A stretch of DNA of 64,000 bases from Paraspadella gotoi (Eukaryota; Animalia; Chaetognatha), in assembly GCA_051294375.1 (NCBI GenBank), contig CM119264.1:13040813-13104812 (forward strand), in the 5' to 3' direction. Position 1 is the first letter of the stretch. Every line of letters begins with the position of its first letter. A program made the translations under genes and the position numbers. Shown piece by piece: positions 24,606 through 43,463 of the stretch. The notes below the pieces were generated by a model, which made no database searches, was not told where the DNA came from, and was given only the letters and a program-made list of their open reading frames with translations.

Positions 24606-27600
24606 TTATTGGAAATAACTCATTTTGCTGATCTTAAGGGTTGTCCCATCTATCTTGTGAATTCGTTCCTTTTGTTTAGACTGGTTATTGCTTGGTAATC
24701 TTGTCACATGTTCAACATGATTCATCACATAGTTTTCAATTGCGCCACGTTCCTAAAATCGAAACCAAATGTATGTTGTTTACCGATCGGGATATACGAC
24801 CAAACGGCTAAAAACTTTTAAACAAAATGATTGTCGTCATTAAAATATATATATGTTAATTAGTAATTAAAGTTTAAAAAACTAATCTTGGATATTTATT
24901 GATGATCCCAAACCTGAAAAACGACGTCTCTGGAAGACAGAGCGGATTTTTGACTTATAATACTGATTGCTTTTAACTCGAGTGTCTTGAATTTGTTTGT
25001 CCACTTGATAACAATGAGAAAAATAAATATACTGAGAGATTCTACAATCAGCAGTAAGCATATGGAGAGTAACTGTATTTCGCCTGAGTTTAAGGATTAA
25101 AAACGTCTTAATATAATATTAGATATTAGATATTAGATCGCGGCCACTTTTTTACCTTCGCTCAAAAAGTACCACACCGTCCAGAGAATCCAAGCCAAAC
25201 AACAGAATAACGACGCCAGCGAGATAAACCACGTCTCTTTATCAGCAAATTTAGTTCGTCGGTTGATCCAGGAATGGATAAGCGTTAACAGCAGTAAGAA
25301 CAGTGAGTATATGTTGATAAAGTAAAACGGAATACCGTCGAAGGAGCAAGACCAGCGCGGAGGGAGATAGGGAACAGTGGGGGAAATCAGGAGGAATGTG
25401 CTGGTGGAAGGAACGAGAAGAACCCATTCCAGACTGATGACAACTTGCACAGCAAAGAGGGATGTGACAACGAGGAGCTGAGAGGATAAGTATTAATTTA
25501 ACATAAATTTTTACGTCATTGGCGACGTACTACTTTACCTGAGATCCTGCATAAACCATCGGAATGTCGCGCTGACACTTTTGTTTGAAGCGATCAATTC
25601 GCGCATTGCGAATCGATTTCGCAAGCAAGCAAGAAAACAAAAGAGCGTGGAGAGGGGCAAAGACGATACGACGCACGGCGCACACACGTGGAGTCGATGC
25701 CACCTAAGATCAAATGTTCCCAACGACAAAATTTAAATTTCGGGCGTCGTTCTGTCAATTGACAATTTTCATCCCCCTCGTTCTTACCAGAAAGGTCAGG
25801 CAGAAAAGAAAGGTGAGGCAAATCGCAATGTTGAGGATGTAATTCAGAATCGGAGATGACTGGACGTGGACTTCGTTTTTGAAGTCAAGGACTAAGAGTA
25901 CCAGAGTGGCAAAGGAAGAGAGGAATCCTAGGATTACGATGCCGAAGACGATCATGCCCCAAATCCTCGACGCAAAGAATTCCAACTCTGGCTCGTTTGG
26001 GTCATAACCCGCGGTTTTTAGTTGGTCAGATGGTTTAAGTGTGGGCGATGAAATGCTCAGATTAAATGTGTTTAAGTCCTTCAGAAAATTATTAAAGGTT
26101 GTTAGAGAGTGCCAACTCTCATTTGCATTTTTGATTTAGAATTTTTCTCGGAATGTAAAATTATATATTATGGGTTATAAAATATCATTAATATTTTATC
26201 ATTTGATTGATTTTGTCTTAGATTATCAATGAAGCAAAAAAAAAATAAATACATTTTTTTTAGCATTGTGTCGAAAAATCTCATTTCTAAGGTACTATTA
26301 ATTAGTACTTACGGCTCCAATCTGCACGCAATCTCCGCAAACCGAGTCCTTTTCACATTTTGATACTAAATTGATCCTTTCCCGTTTTGGTCCATAAGCA
26401 GAGACGAGCAAGTCGTTCAGTTGCAACTCATTCGATTCGTGGGAACCAACATTTACAATCTGAATCAACGAGATGTATTTCATGAATACAACTTTATAAT
26501 ACGTAATTATCGTTAGCTTTAGCTACATACATACATTTTGACAACACTCTTACTTTAAAGGTATTTGCGAGAGTTCCCTTTTGAACGTTTCTTATAGCGA
26601 AGTATGCCGAAGCGTTTCGTTGGGTCAATATTAGAGGTCTAAGCTTAAGAGAGTCAGCGAGAGGGTCACCGACGATACTAGTTGTTTCGATCTTTCCCAT
26701 GAGATTTTGATAGAATGTATCGGAATTTTGAACGACCTGCGTTATCGCCGTCTGTGACGGAGTTGTTGACGCAATCAATTTCAATATTCAAGAATTATGA
26801 GCAAGACCTGATGGTTTTCTTACCGAGCATATCGTGGCTATTCCACATATGGATTGAAGGTGAGCTCGAAAAGCTTTGGTCAGTAAAAAAGCGACCTGCA
26901 TCATAGCTTCGACATCGTAGCTTTCATATGTGGTCTTAGGTGAATCCAGAGTCTCGTCCCCAGTGCAAGTACGGTCGTACTGAAAGCCTTTAAATCATTA
27001 TTAGTTATTAGAATTAACTTAAAAATATATATAGTACATAAATTTTTTTGACAGCCTTCATTTTTTAAAAACAATTTTTCACTGATCAACATTAAAGCGA
27101 CTTACTTCCACCGAGATTGCATTTAAAGTATGACATCCAAAAATGGTAAAAAAACTCGCGCCAAACCAAATTAGGAGAAGAACCAATCATTGTCAAATTT
27201 AACGACCTACAAGTAAAATAAAAAGAGAAATTAGATTATAATTAATCTTAAATACGTAATAGTTATAAATCTGTTCCATTCTTACTTAAAATAGTTCAAA
27301 AAAGGCACATTGATCGTTCTTTTAGGCACTATCACTATGGATCCCAACATCTGTGACGTAAAACTATGGAGACTAAATATGATTCCCGTTTGCTTTATGG
27401 TGTCGTTGATTGTGATTTCATTGAACCAGTCGTCAACGCCAATCCATTGCAGATGGCCAAACGCTTCAACTATGGAGGCGACGTACATCATCTCGACCAT
27501 TCGATCGGGTCCGACGAGTGAGATGACAACGTTGGCATCTATGAAGTCGGATGTGAACATCTTATTTTTGATCCAATTTCGCAGATGGTCATTGTGAAGC

Positions 27601-30600
27601 CAACTTACTTTTTACCAACATCATTCTTTTCAATATTCTCTTCATATTGTCGATGGTCTCGACATCCCTCGTTCTCAACTGGTTGTCAGTAGCGACACAG
27701 ATCTTCCTGTCGCCAGTAAGTCCTTTGATCTTCTGCTCCAGTAGCATGGCGAGACGAACGGATGTGGCGGAGGAGTCTCGAAGGACGTGGACGTAAGTCA
27801 AGTCGCGGTTCTGCAGCAGCGCGATAAGCACGTCGATCGTCATCGTTTTGCTCGGCACTGCGCGCAGGAAGGTCTGGTATCTGAACAGTCAAAGTTTGCT
27901 TGTAGCCATTATCTTAATTAGCTAATGGTTAAGTTTAGTTCAAGTATGTAAAGTAAAGATAGCCGAGCCACAGTAGTTAAGAGCTGACCTATCTCTTCTG
28001 TTCATTTCTGGGTCATCCGTGATGCCGACTTGCGGAAATGGAACCTGCATGTCAGTAATGGCAAATTGAATGCCTTTGGAGGAGTCCAACACAGAATCGC
28101 CAACGACGCTCAATGCGATTTCATGTTGAGGTTTGGTAATCGGGGAAATGAACGCTCCTTGGTCTTGAGGATGAAAAAAAAGGCCGAGTGGAATAAAATG
28201 AAAGAAATGCAAATCTAAATCTAACTCTACATTTAACTCTTACTCTTACTCCAGTCTTACCCACGAGAAGGCTTCGCATAGTGCTTTCTGCAATTTGTTC
28301 CGATCCGAACGTGTTTAAAGACTGCAAAATTTAAACTAAGTTGTGCCAAGTCTGAATAATCTTTAGTCGAAGAATTAGTACATGGGTAATTCTATAATTA
28401 AAATTAATTAGATTATATTGTTTCTTTAATAAGAATTATGAAATGATTTAATTAGAATAAATATTTCTTAACCTTAATAAGAATTCGAATGCCCGGCAAA
28501 ATCTTATTTTGTTCGTTGATTGTCCTCAAGGCCCAATCAAATGCCAGGAGATTTTCCATGTTCGTCCGATGAAAATTTCCATGTTCGTCTTTGAGTTTCA
28601 ACATCAAAAAGATCGTGACGACGTTGATGGTGTTGGTGTAGACTCTTGGAGGATGATGAAGCGGGAGGTCAAAATGACGTACGTATTTGACGGCCATGAG
28701 ATCTGAGGAGAGAGGAATAATGAGGGAAGAATGAGAATGAGAATCGTGATTAGTTATTAAAGGCAAAACAATTTTTAAGCAACGATGTTATCTCAGAATG
28801 TCTACGAATAAAATATTTACTTACCCTCGACCCATCCGCAGCCATTGGGTCCACACAATTTCGAATCGATCTTTTCAACCTCAAATTGTAAATTATTGTA
28901 GAAGACAGCAGAAGGAATCTGCGGATCGAGTGTCCGAGATACGTAGCGACCGACAGATTCGATTACTGGAAAATTGCTTCCATATTTTTTGATATTGAGA
29001 ATGTCCAGACCAACGCGAGCTAAGCCTATTTTTGGAAATGTTAGTTATCAACCCTCTGAGGGTCTTTAAGTCAGTTGATCATGGCAGCTAACTATATCAT
29101 GAACCGAGGCACCGTTCAGAGGAAGGTCAAACCTTGCAAGTTATACGTGAAGGTTGTTCCTTGGTAGGCGAGAGACTCGAATTGCGTGCTCAGAATACCG
29201 GATGAGAGGCAGGAGAAATCGTGGAGGGCACAAGAACGCTTCTCCGCATACTCTAGCCCTTGGAGAATGCTGTAAAAGGCGTTGTAGAAGTTGATATGAT
29301 CATCAAAGTGACGAAATGCGTCGTAGTCAACAAAAGTTATTTGTCTCCCAAGCACCGCACTCTGCTTTCGCAAGCATTCCGCCAAAAATGGGTCCGTCGC
29401 GTAGTGTGATGAAATTCTGAAAGCGAAAAGACCGAGATGATAGTTGGAAAATAAATACGTAAATGGACGGTGTCCAACGAAATAAATAAAAATAAACTCA
29501 CTTTAAATGCTCAGTAAAGTTTGATGGAAGTTTGGCAAAGGTCTGTGATAGAATAAACGATCCGAGAAGGTTTCTTACATTCGTCAATTGTTTTTCAATG
29601 AGACTTCTAATGTAAGGGAGAGTTTCTTGGAACAGCATCCAAATAGGACTGAATTTGTTGACGGTCAATCTGTCGTGAATAATCTGGAAAGACTTCCGGC
29701 TTCCAAAAAAAATAACAACGCGGGCCTTTTGCGAAAAAAAAAATTAAATCAATACTACAAAAAAAATGATTTATTTCGACATTCATGATATAAAAAAAAA
29801 AAGAACCTGCTCCGCGTAATAAAGTTTCTGAATATAATTTTCTAGAAGAAAGTCGATGTCATCGTCATTGAAAGAAGTGAAGACCGTCAGCGTATATGCG
29901 ATTTTAATCTGTTGATCTCTGGGCGTCTGCCCCAGCATTCCATAGAATCGTTCGGCCAAAGATTTCCAGTATACCGAGTCCTCAACCAAGACTCCTATGT
30001 TGGTCCATCCATAAGCCTATGTATTAGAAATGTAGGCAAAAATCGGGTATTATATAGAAGGGTAGTAGGTTGTGGCGGTGTATTCGCACCGCCTCACATC
30101 CCATTGGTTCATAGGGGAAACGCACCATCCACTGTGGTTTCCACAGTCCTAACGACTTCACTCTGCGTTGGCAAAGCGAGACCGTCCTAGGGTAACCGCG
30201 CCAGGGACAAGAGGCGTCACGGAAGCCCCCATCTCAATGGGCATCATAAGAAACCCGGCTGTTGCTGTAAGGTAATGTTTACTTAAGCTAGGACTAAGCT
30301 CTGACGAACAAAGCCCGAGGCTTTTTTTAAATATATTCTTATACCGGCCAAGGTAGAATGATGGCAATATTGTTAATATTAAGTTTAAAAAAAATCCGAC
30401 TATAAATATAGAAAATATTAACCAAAATCTTCGGAAAATTCACCCCTTCTTTGGAAGATTTTTCGCCATAGAAAGATTTTTCCCGAATCTGACTCCCGGT
30501 TGAAAACTCTTAGAATTCCTATCGTTAGCTCCTCTTTTACTTTTACTTTAAATAAAAATTTCACCAAAATGGACTAATTAACTTTACCATGATCGTATCT

Positions 30601-33223
30601 TATCAAAATAACCTAATAAAATGTAAAGAAAAATTATGAGAGCCCTTCAGACACTTTGCCAAAGGATTCCAAAATTGGACCTCATTTGTTGAACAGGAAC
30701 ATACCTCAGTCACGTTTATATTGTTTTCAAGAAAAAAAATCCCTTTCATTTCTATATAAAATCAGAGATGGAAAATTTTTCCGTCCAGAAGCAGTCTATT
30801 TGTTCTGGCTTGTTTGATATCAAGATGTTGATGATTTGACAAGAGAAAAAAAATGCGAGCCCTTCAGATGCAACAGGATCGGAATCAAGTGTTTTTACAT
30901 CGATATTTTACCAGAATTTTTACCAGGAGCGTTTATATTGTTTGGTAGTCAGATTTGAACGAAAATCTCCATTGAAAAAGTCTTCCTCGATCTCTAAGAA
31001 CGACGTAGACTCCTACTTAAGCGCAAGAAAAAAAAATTTCTTAATTTAAAGAGGGAAAGTTCAAAGCATCTTAGCATTCGAATTTTTTGGTTTAATTTCT
31101 AATTTATAAAGAAACAAGTTTATAGTTGTAGAGCTGTTCTTTATTCGTCATTTCTGTTAAAGTTTACCCGCCGAGTGGGTTTCATCTCATGCACAGATTT
31201 TGTAACTGAATTTCGAAAACTATTTTTTTTTGCTTAAAATGTTGCGACGTGCGATTGTGACGATTTTGAAAATTGTGAAATATTCAAGAGGTTTTCGAGA
31301 ATGATTCTAGATCTTGCTTTATTCTACCTGACACCCTTCATAGCAGTTACCCCCCAAAAAACACATTCACATTCTTCACACCTCCAGCAGTCGGGCGAAA
31401 GCGGAAAGAAAATCGTTTGTGTTCGGGACGCTCTGAAAGAGATGCGGCTGTTGGGTGAGAGAAACGTCGTTTGATCGAAAGTTAACGTAAGTGACGGGTT
31501 GAAAAGGATCGAGACCCGTGGCGAGAAACGAAACCACCGCGGGCGAGTCGTCTTCGCCGACGACGACGAGACGTTTGAGATGCGCGAGGGATCCTCCAGG
31601 GGGAGGTGTGCCAGCCGAAGACGATGGAGAAGAGAGGTGGCTCTAAGACATTAGTAAAAAAAAATGTCATCGGGATTTTCGACTTGAATTGGCGACGATT
31701 ATAATCACGACAACAAAACCTGGATATCAACAACGAGGTCAAAAAGATAAGATATGAAAGAATAGGGATCGCCGCAGGTCGGAAAGATGACAATGGCGAC
31801 GGAGGGAAGCGGATTCGGGAATCTCGACATCACGAAGTGGACGATCTCGGGCACAACCTGTCGAGCGGATTGGTCGCAGGGGGTAAAAAACAAGAGTTGG
31901 TCCAAAATTAATTTTTTGTCGAGTTTAAAAGGGATGGAAAAGAATTAAAGAATTACGTGAACGTGCGACGGTTTTTTGTAAAAAATATAGAGATTAGAGA
32001 ATTTGTTGCGGTTGCAACATTAGGCGTAGCACAGTAATTCTGCTCCAACTATTGATATAGATCAGGAGAAAATGACGAATACCGGGTAGCTACCTCTACA
32101 ATGATCTGTATGTACCAATATTTTGTTGCTCTGTATCGTGGTTTTAATAAGGTTTTCTCTTACGCGAACTACAGGGCTACAGGCTACAGGGCTACAGTCT
32201 ACAGGGCTATACTTTAAATCTCAGCCTATGCTCATCGCTCAATGCTCACCAATTCCGACTCCTCTTTAAAGACGGAACCGGGAGCGCCGCAATTGGATAC
32301 GTTGACTGACGCTTCAAAGAGCGGGAGCGCGACGAAGACGATGGTGGATGACACGTCGCAATCACCGTAGGTTGACATGGGAACGTCCACCGGAAAGGAC
32401 TTGAAAATGGCGCGGCAGTTGGATGAGTCTGCTTGGAAAAAATCAATTAAAAAAAAACTTTTCTACAGGGGTGGGACCCTATATCGAGACAAAATTTAAA
32501 AAACCATTAATCTAAAGCTCTTAATGATTTTTAAAATCAGAATAAATATTCATAAGTACTCTCTCTTAGCTTTTAGTTGATATATTAATTGCTTTGAAAT
32601 TCTTTGATATAATGCTTTCTTTGATGCAGCAAAGGCAACTGTTCGGTTTTTTTCCACGCGTTTTGAAAGAAATATGTTTGAATACTTATTGTTAAATCTC
32701 ATTCTAATACATAAAAGTTAAAAATATTTTTAACTGTACCCAGGGAAACGAATTTTATGTTCTACTGAGCCGTGGAGGGAAGTTATTGCCTCAGAAATAT
32801 TTTAAGACCCGTGCTTTTTCCCTTTATAAATGTTACTTTTCTGCATACCGAGGCGACTGATGATTCTCTGATTTGTTGTCTGTACTGAATCAACCTTGTT
32901 GCGTTCGAATAAAAACGCTTAAATTATATTACCGAAAAAAAAAGAAAAAAAATATAGCAATAATCCTCCTATTAATTTTGATTTATAAAGCATCAACATT
33001 TTATGAGGTTTTTTCCAAAAGTTTTTCAATAACTAAAAAAAATATCAACGTTTCGTGTTCATATAGATATCATTTTTTAAAATTATCTTAAAGGAGAATG
33101 AAATAAAGTAAAATTGTTACCGTCAAAGCAAGGTTAATTCTCACCATTGTATCTGAGAGTAAATCCTGATTGCAACAGTGACAGAATGATGATAAACGAT
33201 ACGAAGAAAGGATTCAGCGTCAT
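24606..33223 (-). CDS. Class C (mGluR-like) GPCR paralogue B with two tandem Venus flytrap modules and 7TM
   Basis: Nearly exon-by-exon colinear with paralogue A. Signal MTLNPFFVSFIIILSLL from 33223; SNCRAIFK...VFVALPLFE...CGAPGS; AYGWTNIGVLVEDSVYW. Second VFT NMENLLAFDWALRTINEQNKILPG, LRDSSATSVRLAMLL, LQWIGVDDWF. 7TM VHVQSSPILNYIL, PPRWSCSFDGIPFYFINIY. Stop TAA 24606-24608. Confidence 0.88.
30071..30269 (+). mobile_element. Solo LTR of the twister-LTR family (internal deletions)
   Basis: LTR copy with exact 4-bp TSD AGGT; lies in an intron of class C GPCR B. Confidence 0.88.
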
Positions 33224-33834
33224 TTCGATGGAATCAACTTATAATTTTTTAAATTACATTTTTTCAATTAAGAAATTCAGTGCGCTTTTCAACGCAATCA
33301 AAAACAGCTTAATACAGTGAAACCTGATTTCCCCCAGAACGAAAACCTGTTTCTCTTACTAAGGTCGTTTTCTTACCTTCTATTGCGCTTTTTCCGTCTT
33401 TCGCGCTTTCTCTCTCTTATTCGCTAGCTATACTATTTTTTGTATTATATTGATACATATTTTATTCTGTCTCTTTCTTTCGGGTTTGATACTACATTTA
33501 CTGGGTTTTATTTCAAAAATCACGTTATTATATTTTTACATGAAATTTAAGCGGGTCAAATAATTGAGTTTATGTCCTTTTTGGTATTAAATTTTTTGCT
33601 ATTCACATATGAATCATGCTCATGCTGTTTATTTCTAACGAGCAAAGTTAGTAACACAAGTGTTAGTTAAATATAATCGTAATAATCTTTGCCATGAAAT
33701 AAAGATAAACTTATCAACTTTCTGTGAATAGAAATTAAGCTGGATGAACCAATGCAGTTTTTAATGAATAAAAAAAAAGAATTAAAAAAGACAGCAACTA
33801 GTGAAATGACATTCCTCTTCGCTTTTTCGAAGAA

Positions 33835-39019
<5,185 letters not shown>

Positions 39020-42000
39020 ATTCTCGTTTGCTAATTTCCTAGAAAGTTTTTTATCACGTATTTGTCAACTTTTGTAAAAAGAAGAAGAGAATCTAGAAAT
39101 GTCATTTTCAATTAATAAACACATTTTCAAATACGTAGATCTAGTAGGTAATGTATTATTTAGCTAAAAAGGTATCGAAATATGATTAAAAGTCAAATTT
39201 AGATTATATGAATGGAAATTGATTAAGTATAAAACAGAATTTGGTTTTTCTTTGTGGGCTGAAATGGGCTGAGCCGCTGAAGAATACAATCCGAATCTTT
39301 GGCTCCGCGTCAGAAGCTATGGAACAGGACCTAGGCTCGGGGGCTTTCTTGGCTTTCCAGGCCCCCACGGCGGTTTACGGCCGTCATCACGCGTACCGCA
39401 ATGGAGGTTCTTTATGGGGATCAATTCCGGTCATGAGATGATGGGTTTACTCAATGAGCCACAGGGTCACAATGGCAGGAGTCCTGCTTATACATAGGCT
39501 GGGTGAACTTATAGCAATAGTATCAATTAACTCACAAGAAAAAAAAAATTTTTAATTTGGTTGTGTTAAGAGAATATATACATGAAAATCGTAAAAGGCT
39601 TTTATTCAATTTAAAAATATTTTAATCGCTTTTTAATAGACTGTTTTTTTTTTTGTAAAACATTTCAATTAAAACATTTACGATAATATCGCTGGGCTAT
39701 TCTCTATCAAAGGAAAAAAAATCTCGATTTCTTTTTATCGTTTTTTTTTTTTTTTTTTTTGATTCCATTTTTTCTTTTGTTCGCTCCTAATCTTTTTTTA
39801 ATTTTTATTTTTTTAAATTTTTTATTTTGCTAAGCAACGCAGGCGATTACTTCTGATGCTTTCTTTCGAAATCGATTATATACGATAGTCATGGTATGAA
39901 AATGTAAAAGTAACATTCATAATAGCAGTTAATTTTTATTACGATTATGACGAAACTTCATTCAAAAATAAACCAGAGACAAAAGAGCAGAAAATCGAGT
40001 TCAGAATAATGAAGCGTAAAAGCGTAAAAATATTTTCTTTATGGCGTCGCATTACGTAGATACTGACATCAGTTGTATTTTATTCTTTGAAGAGTATACG
40101 CAGTCTAGCCATTTCTCTTTTTCCTGATTTAAATACATTTAAATTAAATCTAATATATTTAAAAACATTTTTAGAATAATAGATTTATCGTACGAGCTGC
40201 ATTATTAAAACTTTGTTTAGCGCAATTAGTTATTATTTATTTATATTTTTCTAGTAAACATTAATAAAATTATAATTTTATAGATTGATTCGGTTACAGG
40301 TTTTTCTTAAAAGAATTTTAATTTCATCCTAAATTGTAAAACACCGCAGAGAAAAAGTCGGGGAATATCTCGATTAAGTCGGAGGAAAACTCCCCATCTC
40401 TCAGACTCCGGCCGTCGCCGTCCAACTCGGCTGCCATGGGAGGATTTCCTTTCTAAGAAACCACGCACGAATATCTGGTAGTAGGAATTTTTTTTTATAT
40501 ATCCACATTGATATGATTCGCGCCACCGAACATCAAAATCTCCCAGTCGATTGACGGATTTACGCTCCGTCAACAAGTGCCAGTCAATAGAGATGCAGGT
40601 TTATCGATCAGAAAGTAAATATAACATTAGCTATGTTTCGCATTCAACATTACGTCAGTGGAAAGGCAAAGCAAAACAAACTGATTTTAGCGAATCTATT
40701 CTTCTTCACCCAGTTTTCACTCGTAGTTAATAGTATTCAACTACGACCCTCAACTTGCTTAATCACCTAAGCGACGCTTCAGTAATTTTCCCCTCCTCTC
40801 TCTTCCCCTTCTATCTTTCTCTCTCGGTCGAGTCATCTCATTTTTTTTCTAGCAATCTTCGTTCAAGGTTAAAGCCTGGTTTTAAGAAACGAGCCCTAAT
40901 AAAAGTTTTTACATAAGTGAGAATGAAAAATTACCTTTCCGAGAAGGTATGTTATCGAAGGGAGTTTCTCTATTTTAGAAGAGGGAGGGAGAGATAAAGT
41001 GAGACAGCTTGATTGGATTTCTTACTAAAAGAGTGAGGAAACTTTTTACAATAAAAACCACTTTGGTAGATTAATTAAATATAGTTATTAATAACAGAAT
41101 TTTATTAGTCACAGTTAAAAAACATATAATGCTATATTTGGCACGAGAACACAACGAGATTTACAAACTGAACAATACGATGACAAGTTTTGATAATGAT
41201 AAAAACGATGAAGTTGATGAAAAATTAGGCTGTCGTTTGAACATGGGAAATGATTAGGGCAATGGCGTTAATTAATTGTTATTAATTGCAGCAAACTGCG
41301 GTAAAATTTTAATCAATATAGCAATTGATGTCGTGGTTTTAAATATAGGTCTTGTAAAAAAAGGCTCACTTTACGTTGCTCTGTTATTTCCCAATATAAA
41401 CCTGCATAGAGAACGCATAGAGTTTTTATCAATAAATTACCATAATTACATACCAGGTCATTATTTTGTTTTGGTTAAACGCCAATGAATGTGATTTTTT
41501 TTTTCGTTTTGGATTTGAGTAGCATCAATCATTTGTTCTTTGTCAGTTTAAAATGGCGAGAATCAAAAGAATCAAAACAAATCAAGCAGTATATATGATT
41601 AGTTGAATTTTTAAAGGTATCATCTGGAATTTTAGGATATCAATATATAACAATGTTTTGTAGAATAAGTGACAATCAGATGAATTAATATTGGCTAGTA
41701 GTATTATGTAAACTAAATGTTGCTTTAATAGTAAATATAAATCTTAAGAAAAATCGAAAATATAGCTTCTATCACAATCAGCAATGCCAATGAAAGAATA
41801 TGATCTTTGAGATCCGAGACATTCAGAATAATTTTATTATACTTCATTAATTTGAAAAAGTCTAAAATTCTTTAAACACAAATTCTAAAATTACAGTCCA
41901 ATGAATAAGGTTTTACTAAGGCATAAAATGAATGCTTAATAAATGAATAAATGCAACTACGTTTAAAAATATAAAGCTTTAAAAAGTATCAAAAAAGCGC

Positions 42001-42573
42001 AAAACACGCGAAGGCTTAAAATGTTGGAGTATTAAATTCCGCTAAAAATGGTTGACGCTCTTTAATTTTATATACTTGGCCTTTGGGTAACAATTAGGAT
42101 TAGGTTAATTTAGGCATCGATTCAGTTTAAAACATCAGCTCTCAGAAGTTAAAGGTAAATGGACGGGAAAGCATGGTTTTAGAAGGTTCGAATAATATTT
42201 TTAGCTCGTCGTTTTTTTCTTAACGACCAAAAAGCTGGATAAATATGCACTAAAAATCTGTATTTGTTTTAACTTTTGACGCTAAACTAAAAATTTCAGA
42301 TTTATTGACGCCACGGTCGAAGAGTCTTCCAGCTGAGAAACAACTTGTTAAAAAATCTATAAAATTCGGTGAAAATTTTGATTTTGGTTTAATTTTTTAT
42401 ATTTAAAATACGGTTTTAAAAATTCATTTGTTGACTCCGACTTTATTAAGGGTCGAAATTCGCTCCCGCAAAACGTCCTTTCCCACGAAGAGCCTGATAT
42501 ATTAAATCAATGAGCAATTGAGCATTATAATAAACTAAAGAACTCTTTCTGTACGTATGTCGTGTTATCCGTC

Positions 42574-43463
42574 TCACCCGGGCAGTCTGGCGTTCATCTC
42601 CAGCGAACTAACGCTACCGCCGGCGCCACCGCCCATTCCATCGCTAACTCCCTCACCGACGCCGCCGAAAGCTCGAGGCGACGCCGGGGGAATTCCGTAG
42701 ACGCCGTTTTCAGTCTTCGATTCCCGTCCTAACGTAGAGACTCGACTCGGCGTTCTTCGTTCCTCCCGGCGCCAAAAATCGGCGTTGGCGAGCGGCGTCG
42801 CCACCGAGTTCGGCGTCGGGGGCGTCGACGGCCCCAAAACTCGTCTTGGCGTCGTTTCCGGTTTGTCAATTCGGCGCCGCGATTCCATGAAGGGCGTGGT
42901 TGAGTCTACTGAGGCGTCGAAATCGGCGTCGTTCTCTTTGCCCGTCGTCGTCGTCGATTTGGGCGTCCTGTGTTTTTGAAAATAATTTGTTGACGAAGGC
43001 GAAAGGAATATGAATAACAACAGCAAAAGCGAAATGAATAATAAAGGAACAAAAACACAAAGATTAAAATTAAAAAAAAAAACAACAAAAAAAACAACAA
43101 CAACAACAACAACAGCAGGCGAAACAAAATTTGCCACACGACTCAACAACAACAACAGAAAAAAAACAACAAAAACAACAACAAAAACAACAACAAAAAC
43201 ATCATCATCATCATCATCCTCAAAAACTATAACAGAAAAACAACAATAAAAACTAGAACAAAAACAAAAACAACTACAGCAACAACTCGCCTCAGAATGG
43301 TAACGTAATCGTCGTCGGGCGGAAGAGAAAAAGCGTCGACGTCGGCGTCTCCGCCGGAAGTGGAAGCGTCGGTCCAGAGCGTCGCCCGTTGGCGTCCGTG
43401 GCGGGAACGCCCACCCGCGGCCGGACGAGGAAAGGATGATGAGGAGCGGGGAGGAGGGGATTT
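42574..43463 (-). CDS. Two phase-compatible coding-like exons (43463-43291, 42967-42574) encoding a low-complexity Ser/Thr/Pro-rich segment; parent gene uncertain
   Basis: GC-rich islands bounded by a CCAG acceptor, a GC donor (GCGAG) and a CAG acceptor. They join in frame: KSPPPRSSSS...DDDYVTILR/TPKSTTTTGKEND...LEMNARLPG. Confidence 0.5.

Noticed and set aside
39320-39380. RNase MRP RNA (GAAAGCCCCC motif on the minus strand)
   Set aside because: No complementary GGGGCUYA-type CR-V partner for helix P4 was found downstream.
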